Positions 31,098 through 51,178 of a DNA stretch of 64,000 nucleotides are shown in pieces (position 1 is the first letter of the stretch; the number at the start of each line of letters is the position of its first letter). The stretch is from positions 6,790-70,789 of the forward strand of contig CAXHJY010000610.1 of NCBI GenBank assembly GCA_964016885.1, written 5' to 3'. Under the pieces are notes generated by a model, which was given only the letters and a program-made list of their open reading frames with translations, was not told the origin of the DNA and searched no databases. This DNA is from Eledone cirrhosa. Taxonomy: Eukaryota. Both the position numbers and the translations under genes were made by a program.

Positions 31098-31192
31098 TGA
31101 GATTATATAATGAGAAGAAATAACACAATGTTGTTTTATCCGAAGTTATATCAAGACAGATTTTACGGGGGTTAAAACTAAGGAGTAGGAGA

Positions 31193-31383
31193 CCCAGGGG
31201 TAGACCCTGAGCAAGATGGCGGGATAATATCTATGAACTTGACTGGTCTCGATGAGCAGGGCACCCAGATGTAGACCCTGAGCAAGATGGCGGGATAATA
31301 TCTATGAACTTGACTGGTCTCGATGAGCAGGGCACCCAGATGTAGACCCTGAGCAAGATGGCGGGATAATATCTATGAACTTG
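31193..31383. repeat. 71-bp tandem repeat, about 2.6 copies
   Basis: TAGACCCTG at 31201, 31272 and 31343. Confidence 0.93.
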
Positions 31384-31641
31384 ATGGAGGGATACAGTTG
31401 GATCAGTTGAAAAAAGTTGCTTCTGTCAGGAACCGTTGTAAGGAGTGTTTGAGGACTCTCCCTTCTGAGAGTTCTTCTCCTGTCTTCTGTTGTTGTTATT
31501 GTTGTTGTTGTCATTTGTTTAGATGTATATCTACACACATGATAATGAAATTATTGTGTAAAGTGCTCAGGTGCACTACAACTCGTCAATATAGTACATA
31601 GAATAATACACAGATGTCAGGGAAGTACATGTGTGTATGTG

Positions 31642-31755
31642 TTAGCTGTAGTGTTGGCGGATCTCGGGAAGCATGGAGGCCTTAAGGGATGCAGTGTCTC
31701 GACAGCCAACAACCGATGCAGGTAGTTTGTTCCATGCTTCAGCAACTCTGAGCCA
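31642..31755 (-). mobile_element. CR1-like ORF2 extreme C-terminal fragment
   Basis: RVAEAWNKLPASVVGCRDTASLK matches the RV...WNxLP..VV pattern. Confidence 0.7.
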
Positions 31756-32229
31756 TGTTACGCAGTTGTTTATGTATACGTCCAAGTATGTATTTATGTA
31801 TACATACATATATACACACATACATATATATATATATATGTATATATATATACATACATATATACATACATATATACATACATCACACACACACGTGTGT
31901 GTGCGTGTGTATATATGTATGTATATATATGCATGCTTATGGAACTATCAATTTCTTTATCTACCAATCGATCGACCGATCTATGTATCTATCGATCAAA
32001 CTTTCGACACACACACACACACGTACACACATATATATATACATATATATATATATATGCTCGTATGTTGTGGTGGAGGGAAGAGGAAGAGAGAAAAATG
32101 CAAATGCATTCACATATATTTACATAGCGTATATATGCATATATATATGAATATGTGAATATATCTCTATATATTATATATATTATATATATGTGTGTGC
32201 ATATGTTCTTGAATATATAAATATATATA

Positions 32230-32281
<52 letters not shown>

Positions 32282-32817
32282 AATAACTGTAGAGGGAGTT
32301 ATGGTTGGTGCACTATTATAGGAGTTTTATCAGTAAAACCAAGATGGAAGTCACAAAAAAACAATAATATGATGGTGGTGTTGGTGGTGTTGGTGGTGGT
32401 GGTGGTGATTGTGGTGATGGTGGCGGTGGTGGTGATGGTGGTGGTGGTTGTGGCGGAGGTGGTGGTTGGTGGTGATGGTTGTGGCGGCGGTGGTGGTTGG
32501 TGGTGATGGTGGTGATGGTGGTGGTGGTGGCGGTGGCGGTATATCAAGATAAAATCTCACATTCAAGTCACGTACAATTCCGCCATTTTGTTTTCCGTTC
32601 TGGTTTTGATATTTTTTCTTTTGTATTTTTGTGTTTGTATGTTTGTATGTATGTATGTGTTTATGTATGTGTGTATGTATGTATGTGTGTACGTGTGTAT
32701 GTATGTATGTATGTATGTATGTATGTATGTATGTATGTTTGTATGTATGTGTATGTGTGTATGTATATATGTGTGTGTACGTGTGTTTGTATGTATGTAT
32801 GTATGTTTGTATGTATG

Positions 32818-32856
<39 letters not shown>

Positions 32857-32962
32857 ATGTATGTATGTATGTGTGTACGTGTGTATGTATGTATGTGTGT
32901 ATGTATGTATGTGTGTTTCATCAAAGCAATGCAATCAAGTTGTAATTTATACAAGCGTATCT

Positions 32963-33275
32963 CTTTCTCCTCTGATCCATCTATTAGACGTATCACCTCC
33001 CCTCTCTCACCCCATTCCTCTCCCTCTCTCCCCTTCTCCTCCTCCTTTCTCCTCTGATCCATCTATTAGACGTATCACCTCCCCTCTCTCACCCCATTCC
33101 TCTCCCTCTCTCCCCTTCTCCTCCTCCTTTCTCCTCTGATCCATCTATTAGACGTATCACCTCCCCTCTCTCACCCCATTCCTCTCCCTCTCTCCCCTTC
33201 TCCTCCTCCTTTCTCCTCTGATCCATCTATTAGACGTATCACCTCCCCTCTATCACCCCATTCCTCTCCCTCTCC
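32963..33275. repeat. 82-bp pyrimidine-rich tandem repeat, about 3.8 copies
   Basis: TCTGATCC at 32971, 33053, 33135 and 33217. Confidence 0.93.
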
Positions 33276-33344
33276 CCGTCTCTCACTCTTCTCCTCCTTC
33301 ATCCCCCTCTCTCCCCCTCTTCCTCCTACATCACTCCGTCCTCT

Positions 33345-33570
33345 AGATCTGGACTGTTGCCAGGCGCCCTCTCTACATCACTAGCCGGGTAATGCGGTCG
33401 CTGGAACGTAAATCCGAACATTATGTCGAGGCTTATTGGAGGACATACGTGAGCGCCACCTGGGAACAGTTTCAGGCCTCGATCAAGACATTCCGAGTTG
33501 TTGCTCTTGGCTGAGGTTCAATACAGCGGATTATTCATAATTTATAATAAATTGGTCACGTGAATGTAGA
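33345..33570. promoter_or_regulatory. CpG-rich unique patch with two co-oriented CTCF-like motifs and an E-box
   Basis: GCGCCCTCT (33364-33372), GCGCCACCTGG (33453-33463), GTCACGTGA near 33555. Motif matches only. Confidence 0.3.
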
Positions 33571-33631
33571 GCTACCATATGTATGTGTGTATATGCGTAT
33601 GTGTGTGTGGGTGAGTGTGTGTGTGTGATTA

Positions 33632-33665
<34 letters not shown>

Positions 33666-34276
33666 CTTGTGAATATGTGTTTGTGTGTGTATGTGTGTGT
33701 ATGAGTGTGTATGTGTGTGTGTGTGTATTAATTTATTAAGGCCAAGTAGAGAGTTTTGTTACACTGGAGTTTCGTGAAACTTCAGAGTAACAAGAATATT
33801 TAAACTCTATTTCGGTATTGAGTACTCTTTTCTCTCAGTCGTCAACCACACACGGATATATATGTTTGTGTGTGTGTCTCTGTGTCACTGTGTGTGTGTG
33901 TGTGTGTGTGAATGTCTGGTTCAAGCGGTATAAATATATTACGAAAAGTATTTTGAATGCAACAAAAACAAATAAATTGCTGCACACTTTCAAGACCCAC
34001 AGAGCTGCGCTCAAAATGTTTAATGACGGTAGAAAAAGAATAATACGCCCAAATAACACTAATGGTTGGGTAGTTTCAATGCTTACCTTCACACATAGAA
34101 GTACAGTCGACCTAAGACAAAGTAGTATAGAAACATAATTTATTAGTAAGCTATTTTAGTTTATAAAAACAAACTGAAAGATTTTAACCACAAAAACATT
34201 CAAATAATTGTTTTGTCCATTGTTTCAATATTGGCTTTAATAATACAACGGTTGATTGAACATCTACAGTCACGCG

Positions 34277-34337
<61 letters not shown>

Positions 34338-34374
34338 ATATATACATATATATATAAACATATATATATATACA

Positions 34375-34643
34375 TGGTGGCTGCCAACTCGTTTTCGAGT
34401 ACGGCCACTACTTTATATCCATGTAGGAGAACCCCTACCGATGCGCTGAAAGAATGTGACTTTTTAGTCCAGCCAGCGACTTGAAAACTCTGGTACAAAG
34501 ACTACACTTGTGACCATTATTGACACATAGTGCAGGGCCCATGGTACCATGTGATGACAAGTGCAGAGAGATCTCCAGATATAAAGCAATGCCTGTGCTG
34601 TGAAGCTTTTATAGTGAGCAAAGGCACTGCACAAAGCCAGTCC
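34375..34643 (-). mobile_element. Non-autonomous RTE-like element, copy 7 (5'-truncated)
   Basis: Reverse complement of the shared 3' body, flanked by TACA-type tracts. Confidence 0.75.
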
Positions 34644-34745
34644 ATATATATACATATATATATATATACATACATATATATATATACATATATATACATA
34701 TATATATATACATATATATACATATATATATATACATATATATAC

Positions 34746-34780
<35 letters not shown>

Positions 34781-34791
34781 CATATATATAC

Positions 34792-34844
<53 letters not shown>

Positions 34845-34855
34845 CATATATATAC

Positions 34856-34908
<53 letters not shown>

Positions 34909-34947
34909 CATATATATACATATATATATATATATACATATATATAC

Positions 34948-34978
<31 letters not shown>

Positions 34979-35023
34979 CATATACATATACATATATACA
35001 TATACATACATATACATATATAC

Positions 35024-35431
<408 letters not shown>

Positions 35432-35453
35432 ATATATACATATACATATACAC

Positions 35454-35563
<110 letters not shown>

Positions 35564-35600
35564 ATATATATATACATATATACATATATATATACATATA

Positions 35601-35765
35601 TGTTGATTTAAAACTGCACTATCAACAAGTGTTTTTTAGCCTTCATATCATGTTCTCCTGTTTTATCTGATGAAAACACAAATATTATTGCTTGATGATG
35701 TTTGTTTTTGAAATGCGCATAATAAAATATATGGAACTCCTTTAACCATCTTTTGATCTTATATT
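35601..35765 (+). mobile_element. HH1 monomer (about 165 bp) inside (TA)n
   Basis: Contains both ends seen in the other HH1 copies (TGTTGATTTAAAACTG ... ACCATCTTTTG). Confidence 0.85.
35660..35728 (+). ncRNA. Type I hammerhead ribozyme (HH1)
   Basis: gttttat-CTGATGA-stem II-GAAA-TGCGCA-TA-ataaaat. Confidence 0.85.
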
Positions 35766-35847
35766 ATATACATATATATATATACATATACATATATATA
35801 TATATATACATATATATATACATATATATATATATATACATATATAC

Positions 35848-35895
<48 letters not shown>

Positions 35896-36077
35896 ATACA
35901 TATACATATATATATACATATATATATATATACATATATATATACATATACATATATATATACACATATACATATATATATACATATATATATACACATA
36001 TACATATATATATACATATATATATATATACATATATATATACATATATATACATATATATATACATATATATATAC

Positions 36078-36112
<35 letters not shown>

Positions 36113-36137
36113 CATATATATATACATATATATATAC

Positions 36138-36174
<37 letters not shown>

Positions 36175-36219
36175 CATATATATATACATACATATATATA
36201 TATATACATATATATATAC

Positions 36220-36250
<31 letters not shown>

Positions 36251-36374
36251 CATATATATATACATATATATATATATACATATATATATACATATATATA
36301 TATATACATATATATATACATATATATATATACATATATATATACATATATAATATATAAACATATATATATAC

Positions 36375-36405
<31 letters not shown>

Positions 36406-36460
36406 CATATATATATACATACATATATATATACATATATATATATACATATATATATAT

Positions 36461-36505
<45 letters not shown>

Positions 36506-36506
36506 C

Positions 36507-36559
<53 letters not shown>

Positions 36560-36592
36560 CATATATATGTATATATACATATATATATATAC

Positions 36593-36645
<53 letters not shown>

Positions 36646-36840
36646 CATATATATGTATATATACATATATATATATACATATATATATATATACATATAT
36701 ATATATACACATATATATATATACATATATATATACATATATATATATACATATATATATATATACATATATATATATACATATATATATATATACATAT
36801 ATATATATACATATATATATATATACATATATATATATAC

Positions 36841-36887
<47 letters not shown>

Positions 36888-36948
36888 CATATATATATAT
36901 ACATATATATATATATACATATATATATATACATATATATATATATAC

Positions 36949-37085
<137 letters not shown>

Positions 37086-37092
37086 CATATAC

Positions 37093-37231
<139 letters not shown>

Positions 37232-37232
37232 C

Positions 37233-37326
<94 letters not shown>

Positions 37327-37359
37327 ATATATACATATACATATACACATATATATATC

Positions 37360-39161
37360 TATCCCCACAAACAGCCACCACCATAATACATACTCTAATT
37401 TAACACCAACACAACCACCAATAACTCAAACAAGGAATCCACAAATCTGCCGTTTTTCCCTGCGAGACAGATTGTGTTTAGACCGGGATTGTCCCTTTAC
37501 CCATCTCCCGGGGACCCGTCGGATAAATGAAAATAAAATTAAAAATAAAAGCAAAAACAAAAACCATAACCTACATAAAAATAACCACTACCACAGTCAC
37601 CAACAGTCTTCTAAACAGGAAACTTCTTCCTCTTTTTTAGCCATAATGAATCTGGCAAAAGAACTGGAAAAAACATTCGAGCTATCACCCAGCACCACCC
37701 TCCACTATCACCCCACTGCACAAACTCCCATTGCTGCCATTAACAAACAAACAAATTAACAACACACCAAAACAATTAAAACCATCCACTCTCGCCTCTA
37801 CATTTTTGCTTAACGCCCAAGGCATCAGCCCTTCCACCAATACTCAAAAATGGAAGATCAAATTCCTGGAGGACTGGATTGATGTCCATCCAAACCACAT
37901 CCCTTTCTTCGTCCTCACTGAAACCCATCTCAGTAACCTCCACTTGGAAGCCAAGGTGAAAGTGAAAAATTTCAAAGCCATCCGTGCTGATCGCGCTGGC
38001 AGAAGAAAGGGCGGAACTGCCATTTATGTCCATAATTCTTTCTCAACAGAGGCTATGAACATATTCACTAATGGATACTGTGAGGCAGTCACTGTATTCA
38101 GTCAAACCAACAACCTATTAGTAGTTGGGCTCTATAGGCCACCCCAAACGCCTGTACCATGCTTCAAGGAATGCCTCAACAGCATAAAGTGTTTCATCCA
38201 AGAGTGTCACCCTGACAACATCTTAATGATGGGGGACTTCAACCTCCCCGGAGTTGACTGGTCCACAAACACCCTGCCACCAGGTTCTTCTGCCTCAACC
38301 TCTGACAGGGAAGCTGTGGAATCACTTCTTGACTTCATGGATGATTTCTTCCTATCCCAACTAGTGCTCGAACCAACGAGGTGCCACAAAAACGTCCTAG
38401 ACTTAATTTTCAGCAATCACACTGACAATATCCACAATATTGCAGTGGAGAAAACTCTACTCTCTGATCATGACATGGTTCTCTGTGATCTGAGATTCCA
38501 CCGTCCAATATACAAACCCAATGTCATCTCTCCTGTCCATCCGTTTGACGCTATGGATTTCCACAATGCAAACTGGGAAGCGATCAGTCATGATCTTGCA
38601 CATGTCGACTGGTCCTTCACGCACACTCATACACCCACTAACATCAAAAAGTCCTGGCAGACATTTGTGGACACTGTTACAAACATATGTGCTAAACACA
38701 CCCCATTAAGAACTATAAACAAATCTAAGAGCAGAATCCCTAGAAATAGAAAAACGCTCATCAGAAAAATTAAGAGAACGAACAAAAAAATCAACAAGCT
38801 GAAATACTGTCAGCAGCAACACATCAACTTGACTGCCATTTCATCACTAGAGATTAAAAAACATAACCTCCAAAACAACATAATGTCCCTCATCAACAAT
38901 CAGAGAAGAGCTGAAGAGGCCTGGGCCATTGAGAAGATCAAACTCAATCCCAAAGTGTTCTTTTCATTTGCAAAAAAACACAAAATCACTGGCTCTACTG
39001 TTGGCCCTCTAATTGATGAAAATGGCACTCTTCAAGACAATGCTAAAACCATGGGTGAGATACTGCAGAAACAATACTGCTCTGTTTTCAGCAATCCTGA
39101 TATGGCCGATCTGGGCTGTATCGGCGATGTTACTCCCCATTACACCTTATCGGACATAACG
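37360..39161 (+). mobile_element. CR1-clade LINE internal fragment: ORF1 end plus ORF2 APE endonuclease and tether, cut before RT
   Basis: [57 protein letters not shown] and [12 protein letters not shown] in one open frame. Upstream CCCH-like CRF...[10 protein letters not shown]. Confidence 0.92.
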
Positions 39162-42241
<3,080 letters not shown>

Positions 42242-42559
42242 TAGGAATATTATAAGTATAATTATAAGTTATATATAGTTCTGAATGTTGAGTTCTGGCG
42301 ATGTCTACAAGAATTAAATAAATTCGTTCTTATATTAATAGAGTTTTTACAGTTAACTATATAAAACATTTCCTCAATACACAATTTGCAGAATCTAGAT
42401 TAAGCTGTGCTTCGGTACGCGGGTGTATAGATGTACTATCCTTGTTCCCCTTTTCTCATTCTATTTGTATATAAACAAGTACATAGATACAGGGAGAAGA
42501 GGAGAGCAAGGAGAAAGGGAGAGTAAGGAGAAAAAGAGAGCAAGGAGAGGTTAAAGCAA

Positions 42560-43433
42560 ATATTGCTTAAGTTATGCTGGAAGCAGACACATTTGAAGAA
42601 GACGAATAATAAAAAATTGAATAAAGAGGTACATTCTGCACCAAAATGGCTTTTCTTCCCTTACAAACATCGAGTTTTCGTCTTTTGTAACTCCTGGTAC
42701 AAAAACTTTCTTCACGAGATTTTCTATCAGCATCGATTTCCTCGACAAAGAACCTTCAATATGGAGGGATGGTCCTGGTTACAAAAGTGGACTTGAAAAA
42801 CTTGAGAAGACAGTTGTTGTGAATGATGTTGCAGAAAGAGGTGTCAAGCTCATTCAGGATTACACTAATTTTCTCACAAAATATGAAACTGAGAAACAAT
42901 TTGTTTTACAGATCATTACCGAAAACTGTAAAACATGCCACTAGATCCTCTCTTATGCAAAAATAATGTTCAATATTCAGTGTTCAGTGTTCACATTATG
43001 TTTTTGATTCTATAGAAATTATTGTTTTAAATAAAAATGTTTCTCTTATAGAGGCTGTTTGCTTTATTAAGAAAACCTAATATTTCTTAAGTTTTTCTTG
43101 TTATTTCAGGAATTTTTCAAATTAACTATTGGTAAATTTGATTCAGAACGTTTTTAAACATTTGCTGAGGTTGCCTAGATGTGTCTACATAAATTTCTCT
43201 AAGAAGAAAAAAAAAAATGGTCGAGATAGGGAACAGTATACCGCTTTTGAACTGAATTAATCGTTGCGTATACTAAGTTCCAATTTCAAGGCGTTTGAGG
43301 GTCACCTAACAGTTGTCTTATTGAGCTGAAATTTTGCACACCACGTGGTTTTGTTGATTGGAACAGGATTAAGGGGTGGGGGCAGCAAAATTTTAACCTT
43401 CGGAAAATTACCTATTGCTAAGGACCACTCTCA
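42560..43433 (+). mobile_element. Decayed hAT-superfamily (hATm-like) DNA transposon, 3' part
   Basis: 42663-42944 translates FVTPGTKTFF...W...Y...VVVNDVAERGVKLIQDY...LTK.E.EKQFVLQII. Ends GGACCACTCTCA, resembling a hATm-type TIR. Confidence 0.65.
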
Positions 43434-43440
43434 TATATTA

Positions 43441-43650
43441 ATAATATTAATAAATGGAAAATATCTTTATAAAACCATATTTATTTTATTATACGTATTT
43501 CAAGGGTATCAATATTTAAGTACGCTTTCATCAGATAAAATACAATAATTTGTATTTTATCTGACGAAAGCGTACTTAAATACCTTGACATACGTATAAT
43601 AAAATAAATATGGTTTTATAAAGATATTTTCCATTTATTAATATTATATA
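43441..43650. mobile_element. Fold-back hammerhead element (family HH3, related to HH2)
   Basis: Near-palindrome centred about 43547. 3' flank AAATAAATATGGTTTTATAAA..TTTCCATTTATT is shared with HH2. Confidence 0.85.
43482..43542 (-). ncRNA. Type I hammerhead ribozyme (HH3)
   Basis: tattttat-CTGATGA-stem II-GAAA-TACGTA-TA-ataaaata. The mirror copy 43553-43606 has CTGACGA and GACA (damaged). Confidence 0.85.
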
Positions 43651-44976
<1,326 letters not shown>

Positions 44977-45551
44977 CGTACGTAGTAATCAAAGCAGAAA
45001 ACATCAAAGCGAATAGTTATCTTCCATTGCGTGACACCATGTAAACAGAGTATGTCATGTATTATAAGAATTAGTGAAGTATATATTACGTTAGACTGGA
45101 GTCATATGTCTTTGCGTGACACAAAATATATAAACACACACCAGTATTTACTATAAGAGTGATAAACGTATGTTCTACGCCATATCACTACACCAAGAGG
45201 AAACGAAAGGCGAACCTCCCAGTTGCACTTGAGCAGTTTTAGCTTGGAACGAATTTTAAATAAATTGACGTTTCGAATTACATACGTTCTTCTCTTGTGC
45301 ATTCACTCATTCATTACATACACATACATACATACATACACACACACATATATACACACATACATAAATACATTTAATGAAATTTTATAGCAAAATCTCT
45401 TAAACGTGTCATATGAAGTGAAGTCAATCATCTAACATCCGGGGTTATCTGAGTGTATATATGTATATATACACACACACCTGGTATTTTCTTCCTGTTT
45501 TAGATTAGACCTTCAAAAATACATAAACATTTGATCGAATTACTCACATAG

Positions 45552-45629
<78 letters not shown>

Positions 45630-46290
45630 GTGCTTGTGAGAGAGAGAGAAAGTGTGTGTTTGTCTGTGTGAAAGCACGTGGTTTAGGGGTTGCGTGTGTA
45701 TGTGTGTATGTATTTTTATGCTTGCAAGTAAGCAGGTTTTTTTTTTCTTCACTATTGAATTCTAGAAACTGATCTACAACATCAACAACTTCAACAACAA
45801 CATAACCCCCCCCCCCAATTTAAAATTAATCCCATTTCGAGTAGCCATATATTTGGCAGACAAGGGAGATAATTATAGTAAATAAATATCTAGTGTTGTA
45901 TGTGAGATCACAGGAACATCACAAGTTTAGTCTTCATTCGTCTAATCAAAGAATCGATTCGCTGAGAGTGTTCTGCAACTAATTAAAAATTAGTGTTTGT
46001 GTGTGTGTGTTTGGGTGTGTGTTTGTGTGTGTGTGGGTGTGTGTTTGTGGGTGTGTGTTTGTGGGTGTGGGTGTGTGTGTGTGTGTGTGTGTGTGGAGAG
46101 AGATGGGAGGATCCTTAACACTTAACGACCTGTTCCACATGAAACCGCATTAATAGATATTCTTAAACATTACAAAACCCTCCAGGCCTTAATTTCAAAA
46201 CCCCCCAGGTGTTAATTGCAGCAGATTTCTTCGAGAAAAGTATTAAAAGTATTAAAAGTGAGAAAGTGATGCAAGATACAAAGGAAGAAT

Positions 46291-46447
46291 CGACCCCAGT
46301 ATTTTTACTGGTACCTTTATTTTTTTTTTATTATCCTCGAAAGTATGAAAGGCAAAGTTGACCTCGATGGGATTTGACCTCAGAGAGCTGAGAGTCGGAA
46401 CGAATACCATAAAGTATTCTGTCCTATTTTTAACGACTATCGCCAGC
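46291..46447 (-). mobile_element. Diverged MetaSINE-like copy
   Basis: CGACCCCAGT..ACTGGTAC..ATGAAAGGCAAAGTTGACCTCG..GGATTTGA. Confidence 0.7.
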
Positions 46448-48300
46448 ACCACTACCACCAGCACCACTACCACCAACACCACTACCACCAGCACCACTAC
46501 CACCAGTACCACTACCACCAGCACCACTACCACCAGTACCACTACCACCAGTACCACTACCACCAGCACCACTGACACCACTACCACCACTACCACCAGT
46601 ACCACTATCACCAGCACCACTGACACCACTACCACCAGCACCACTACCACCAACACCACTGACACCACTACCACCACTACCACCAGCACCACTACCACCA
46701 GTACCACTACCACCAGTACCACTACCACCAGCACCACTGACACCAGCACCACTACCACCAGCACCACTACCACCAGTACCACTACCACCAGTACCACTAC
46801 CACCAGCACCACTGACACCACTACCACAAGCACCACTACCACCAGCACCACTGACACCACTACCACCACTACCACCAGCACCAACACCACTACCACCACT
46901 ACCACCAACACCACTGACACCACTACCACCACTACCACCACCACCAGCACCACTACCATCAGCACCACTACCACCAACACCACTACCACCACTACCACCA
47001 CCACCACTACCACCAGCACCACTACCACCAACACCACTACCACCAACACCACTACCACCAACACCACTGACACCACTACCACCACTACCACCAGCACCAC
47101 TACCACCAACACCACTGACACCACTACCACCACTACCACCAGCACCACTACCACCAGCACCACTACCACCAGCACCACTACCACCAACACCACTACCACC
47201 ACTACCACCAGCACCACTACCACCAACACCACTACCACCACTACCACCAACACCACTGACACCACTACCACCACTACCACCAGCACCACTACCACCAACA
47301 CCACTGACACCACTACCACCACTACCACCAGCACCACTACCACCAACACCACTACCACCACTACCACCAGCACCACTACCACCACTACCACCAGCACCAC
47401 CAGCACCACCAGCACCACTACCACCAACACCACTGACACCACTACCACCACTACCACCAGCACCACTGACACCACTACCACCAGCACCACTACCACCAAC
47501 ACCACTGACACCACTACCACCAGCACCACTACCACCAACACCACTGACACCACTACCACCAACACCACTACCACCACTACCACCAGCACCACTGACACCA
47601 CTACCACCAACACCACTACCACCAGCACCACTACCACCAGCACCACCACTACCACCAACACCACTGACACCACTACCACCACTACCACCAGCACCACTAC
47701 CACCAGCACCACTGACACCACTACCACCACTACCACCAGCACCACTACCACCAACACCACTGACACCACTACCACCAGCACCACTACCACCAGCACCACT
47801 ACCACCAGCACCACTGACACCACTACCACCACTACCACCAGCACCACTACCACCACTACCACCACTACACTACCACCAACACCACTGACACCACTACCAC
47901 CACTGACACCACTACCACCACTGACACCACCAGCACCACTACCACCAGCACCACTACCACCACTGACACCACTACCACCACTACCACCAGCACCACTACC
48001 ACCAGAACCACTACCACCAGCACCACCGCTACCACCAGCACCACTACCACCAACACCACTGACACCACTACCACCACTACCACCAGCACCACTGACACCA
48101 CTACCACCACTACCACCAGCACCACCGCTACCACCACCAGCACCACTAACACCAACACCACTGACACCACTACCACCACTACCACCAGCACCACTGACAC
48201 CACTACCACCACTACCACCAGCACCACTACCACCAGCACCACCGCTACCACCACCAGCACCACTAACACCAACACCACTAACACCAACACAACGACCACA
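46444..48300. repeat. Compound (ACC/ACT/AGC/GAC)n tract
   Basis: Direct reading, phase slip near 47865. Confidence 0.93.
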
Positions 48301-48779
48301 ACCACTTCACCATCAACACCGCCTTCACGTTTACCAAGAACATCAACATCATCATCAACATCATCAACATCATCATCCCAAACATCATCATCAAAACAAC
48401 AACAACAACAGCAACAGCTGCAATATTAAGTAGTAACAATGTCTGCCAAGAACACAACACAACGTTTGACGTTTTAGTACAAATTAGTTTCATTACTTAA
48501 CGTATTGTGACTCATTGATGTGTGTATGTGTGTGTGTGTGCACGTACTTGTGTACGTATGCATATATGCTGATGTGTACGTGTGTATGTATGTACGTATA
48601 TATGTGTATTTGTATGTATGTACATATGTATGTACGTATGTAGATGTCTACGTGTGTATGTATGTATACATCCATGTGTATATAAATTCAAATAGATCGA
48701 GATAAAAACATTGACATGTCAGATATATACACTATTTATATTAATATATGCGTGCTTATACACAGTGATGTATAACAAC

Positions 48780-48847
<68 letters not shown>

Positions 48848-49419
48848 ACAGAGACACATAGCTGGAATATATCCAACATATATAAAGAAATAACTCTAAT
48901 AACTATCATCATCATCATCATCACCACCACCATCACCATCACTGCCACCACCACCATCATCACCACCATCCACTATATCAAAACTAGCCGACCCAACTAG
49001 TAACCAACTATGTCATCTAACAACCTGCTAGAAACAACAGCTAAGTGACTTCAACCACACGCCAAACTGTTCACTTGAATTTGTTCACTTCAGTTTGTTT
49101 ACTTCAGTTTGTTTACTTTAGTTTGTTTACTTTAGTTTGTTTACTTCAGTTTGTTTACTTTAGTTTGTTTACATAAACTAGTTTACATGAAGCTGTTCAC
49201 CATTAATTGTTCAGCAATCATGGTGAAGTCTTTGCTTCGCTAACGAGATTAACATTGAAACATGTCCGAAGTTGTCCTTTCTTGTCGGTACAATAAAGAA
49301 ATTATATTAGATATTGACAAATGTCATTTTACACCCACATCTACGATTTAGAATTATATTGCTAGTTTCCTTTTTATTAAGATGTTGGCGATAATTTAGC
49401 TGATTAAAAATATCATCAT

Positions 49420-50620
49420 CATCAACACAACCACCATTATGAACCAACAACAACAACAACACAACCACCATTATGAAACAACAACAACAATAACAGCACC
49501 AACAATAACACCAACAACAACAATAACAACACCAATAACAACACCAACAACAACACCAACAATAACACCAATAACAACACCAACAACAACAACACAAACA
49601 ATAACACCAACAAAAACACCAATAACAACACCAATAACAACACCAACAACAACACCAACAATAACACCAATAACAACACCACCAACAACAACACAAACAA
49701 TAACACCAACAAAAACACCAATAACAACACCAATAACAACACAAACAACAACACCAACAACACCAACAAACAACAACACAAACAACAACACAAACAACAA
49801 CACCAATAACAACACCAATAACAACACAAACAACAACACTAACAACAACACCAATAACAACACCAACAACAACAACACAAACAACAACACCAACAACAAC
49901 ACCAATAACAACACCAATAACAACACCAATAACAACACCAATAACAACACAAACAACAACACCAACAACACCAACAACAACACAAACAAAAACACAAACA
50001 ACTACACAAACAACAACACAAACAACAACACAAACAACAACACCAATAACAACACCAACAACACAAACAACAACACAAACAACAACACAAACAACAACAC
50101 CAATAACAACACCAACAACACCAACAACAACACAAACAACAACACCAATAACAACACCAACATCAACAACACAAACAATAACACCAACAACAACACCAAT
50201 AACAACACAAACAACAACACCAACAACACCAACAACAACACCAACAACAACAACATCAACAACACCACCACCAACAACACCACCAACAACAACACCAACA
50301 ACATCAACAACAACACCAATAACAACACCAACAACAACACCACCACCAACAACAACACCACCAACAACAACACCAACAACACCAACAACACCACCACCAA
50401 CAACAACACCACCAACAACAACAACACCACCAACACCAACACCAACAACAACACCAATAACAACACCAATAACAACACCAATAACAACAACACCAACAAC
50501 AACACCACCAACAACACCACCAACAACATCAATAGCAACACCAACACCAACAACATCAATAACAACAGGACCACCACCAACAACATCAACAACAACACCA
50601 ACACCAACAACAACAACCAG
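49420..50620. repeat. Compound (AAC/ACC/AAT)n tract
   Basis: Direct reading, phase slip near 49770. Confidence 0.93.
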
Positions 50621-51082
50621 CAAGATATTGAAGATGTCTAAATCCTCTGGAATACAATATTCCATCTCTAGAGATGTCTAGTAGATAAAAGACTTTACTG
50701 TTCTACATAACACACTCATCTACAGCAGCACTATAAATAACAGCAACACACTCATCTACAGCAGCACTATAAACGACAACAGCACCACCACCAGCAGCAC
50801 TATCATTTTCATCAACAACAACAAAACAACACATTGTTTATCTGTAGAATATATCTTCAACGTGTTTATCATCTAACTGTGTATGTGTGTGTATGTATGC
50901 ATGTATGAGTGTGTGTGGTGTGTGTGTATGCATATATATAAGTATGTATATAGCCTCATAAACACACTTATGAATATTATATATACACGTATATATACGA
51001 ATTTACAGCACATACATATGTTCATGTTTGCGTTTGTATATATTACTGTGGAAATGTTTAGCAAGATACACCAGAAAGATTA

Positions 51083-51178
<96 letters not shown>

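Noticed and set aside
46358-50641. Mucin-like Thr-rich and Asn-rich ORFs
   Set aside because: The first starts inside a SINE, both slip phase internally, and no flanking splice sites or domains were seen. Treated as simple repeats, although RNA-seq could overturn this.
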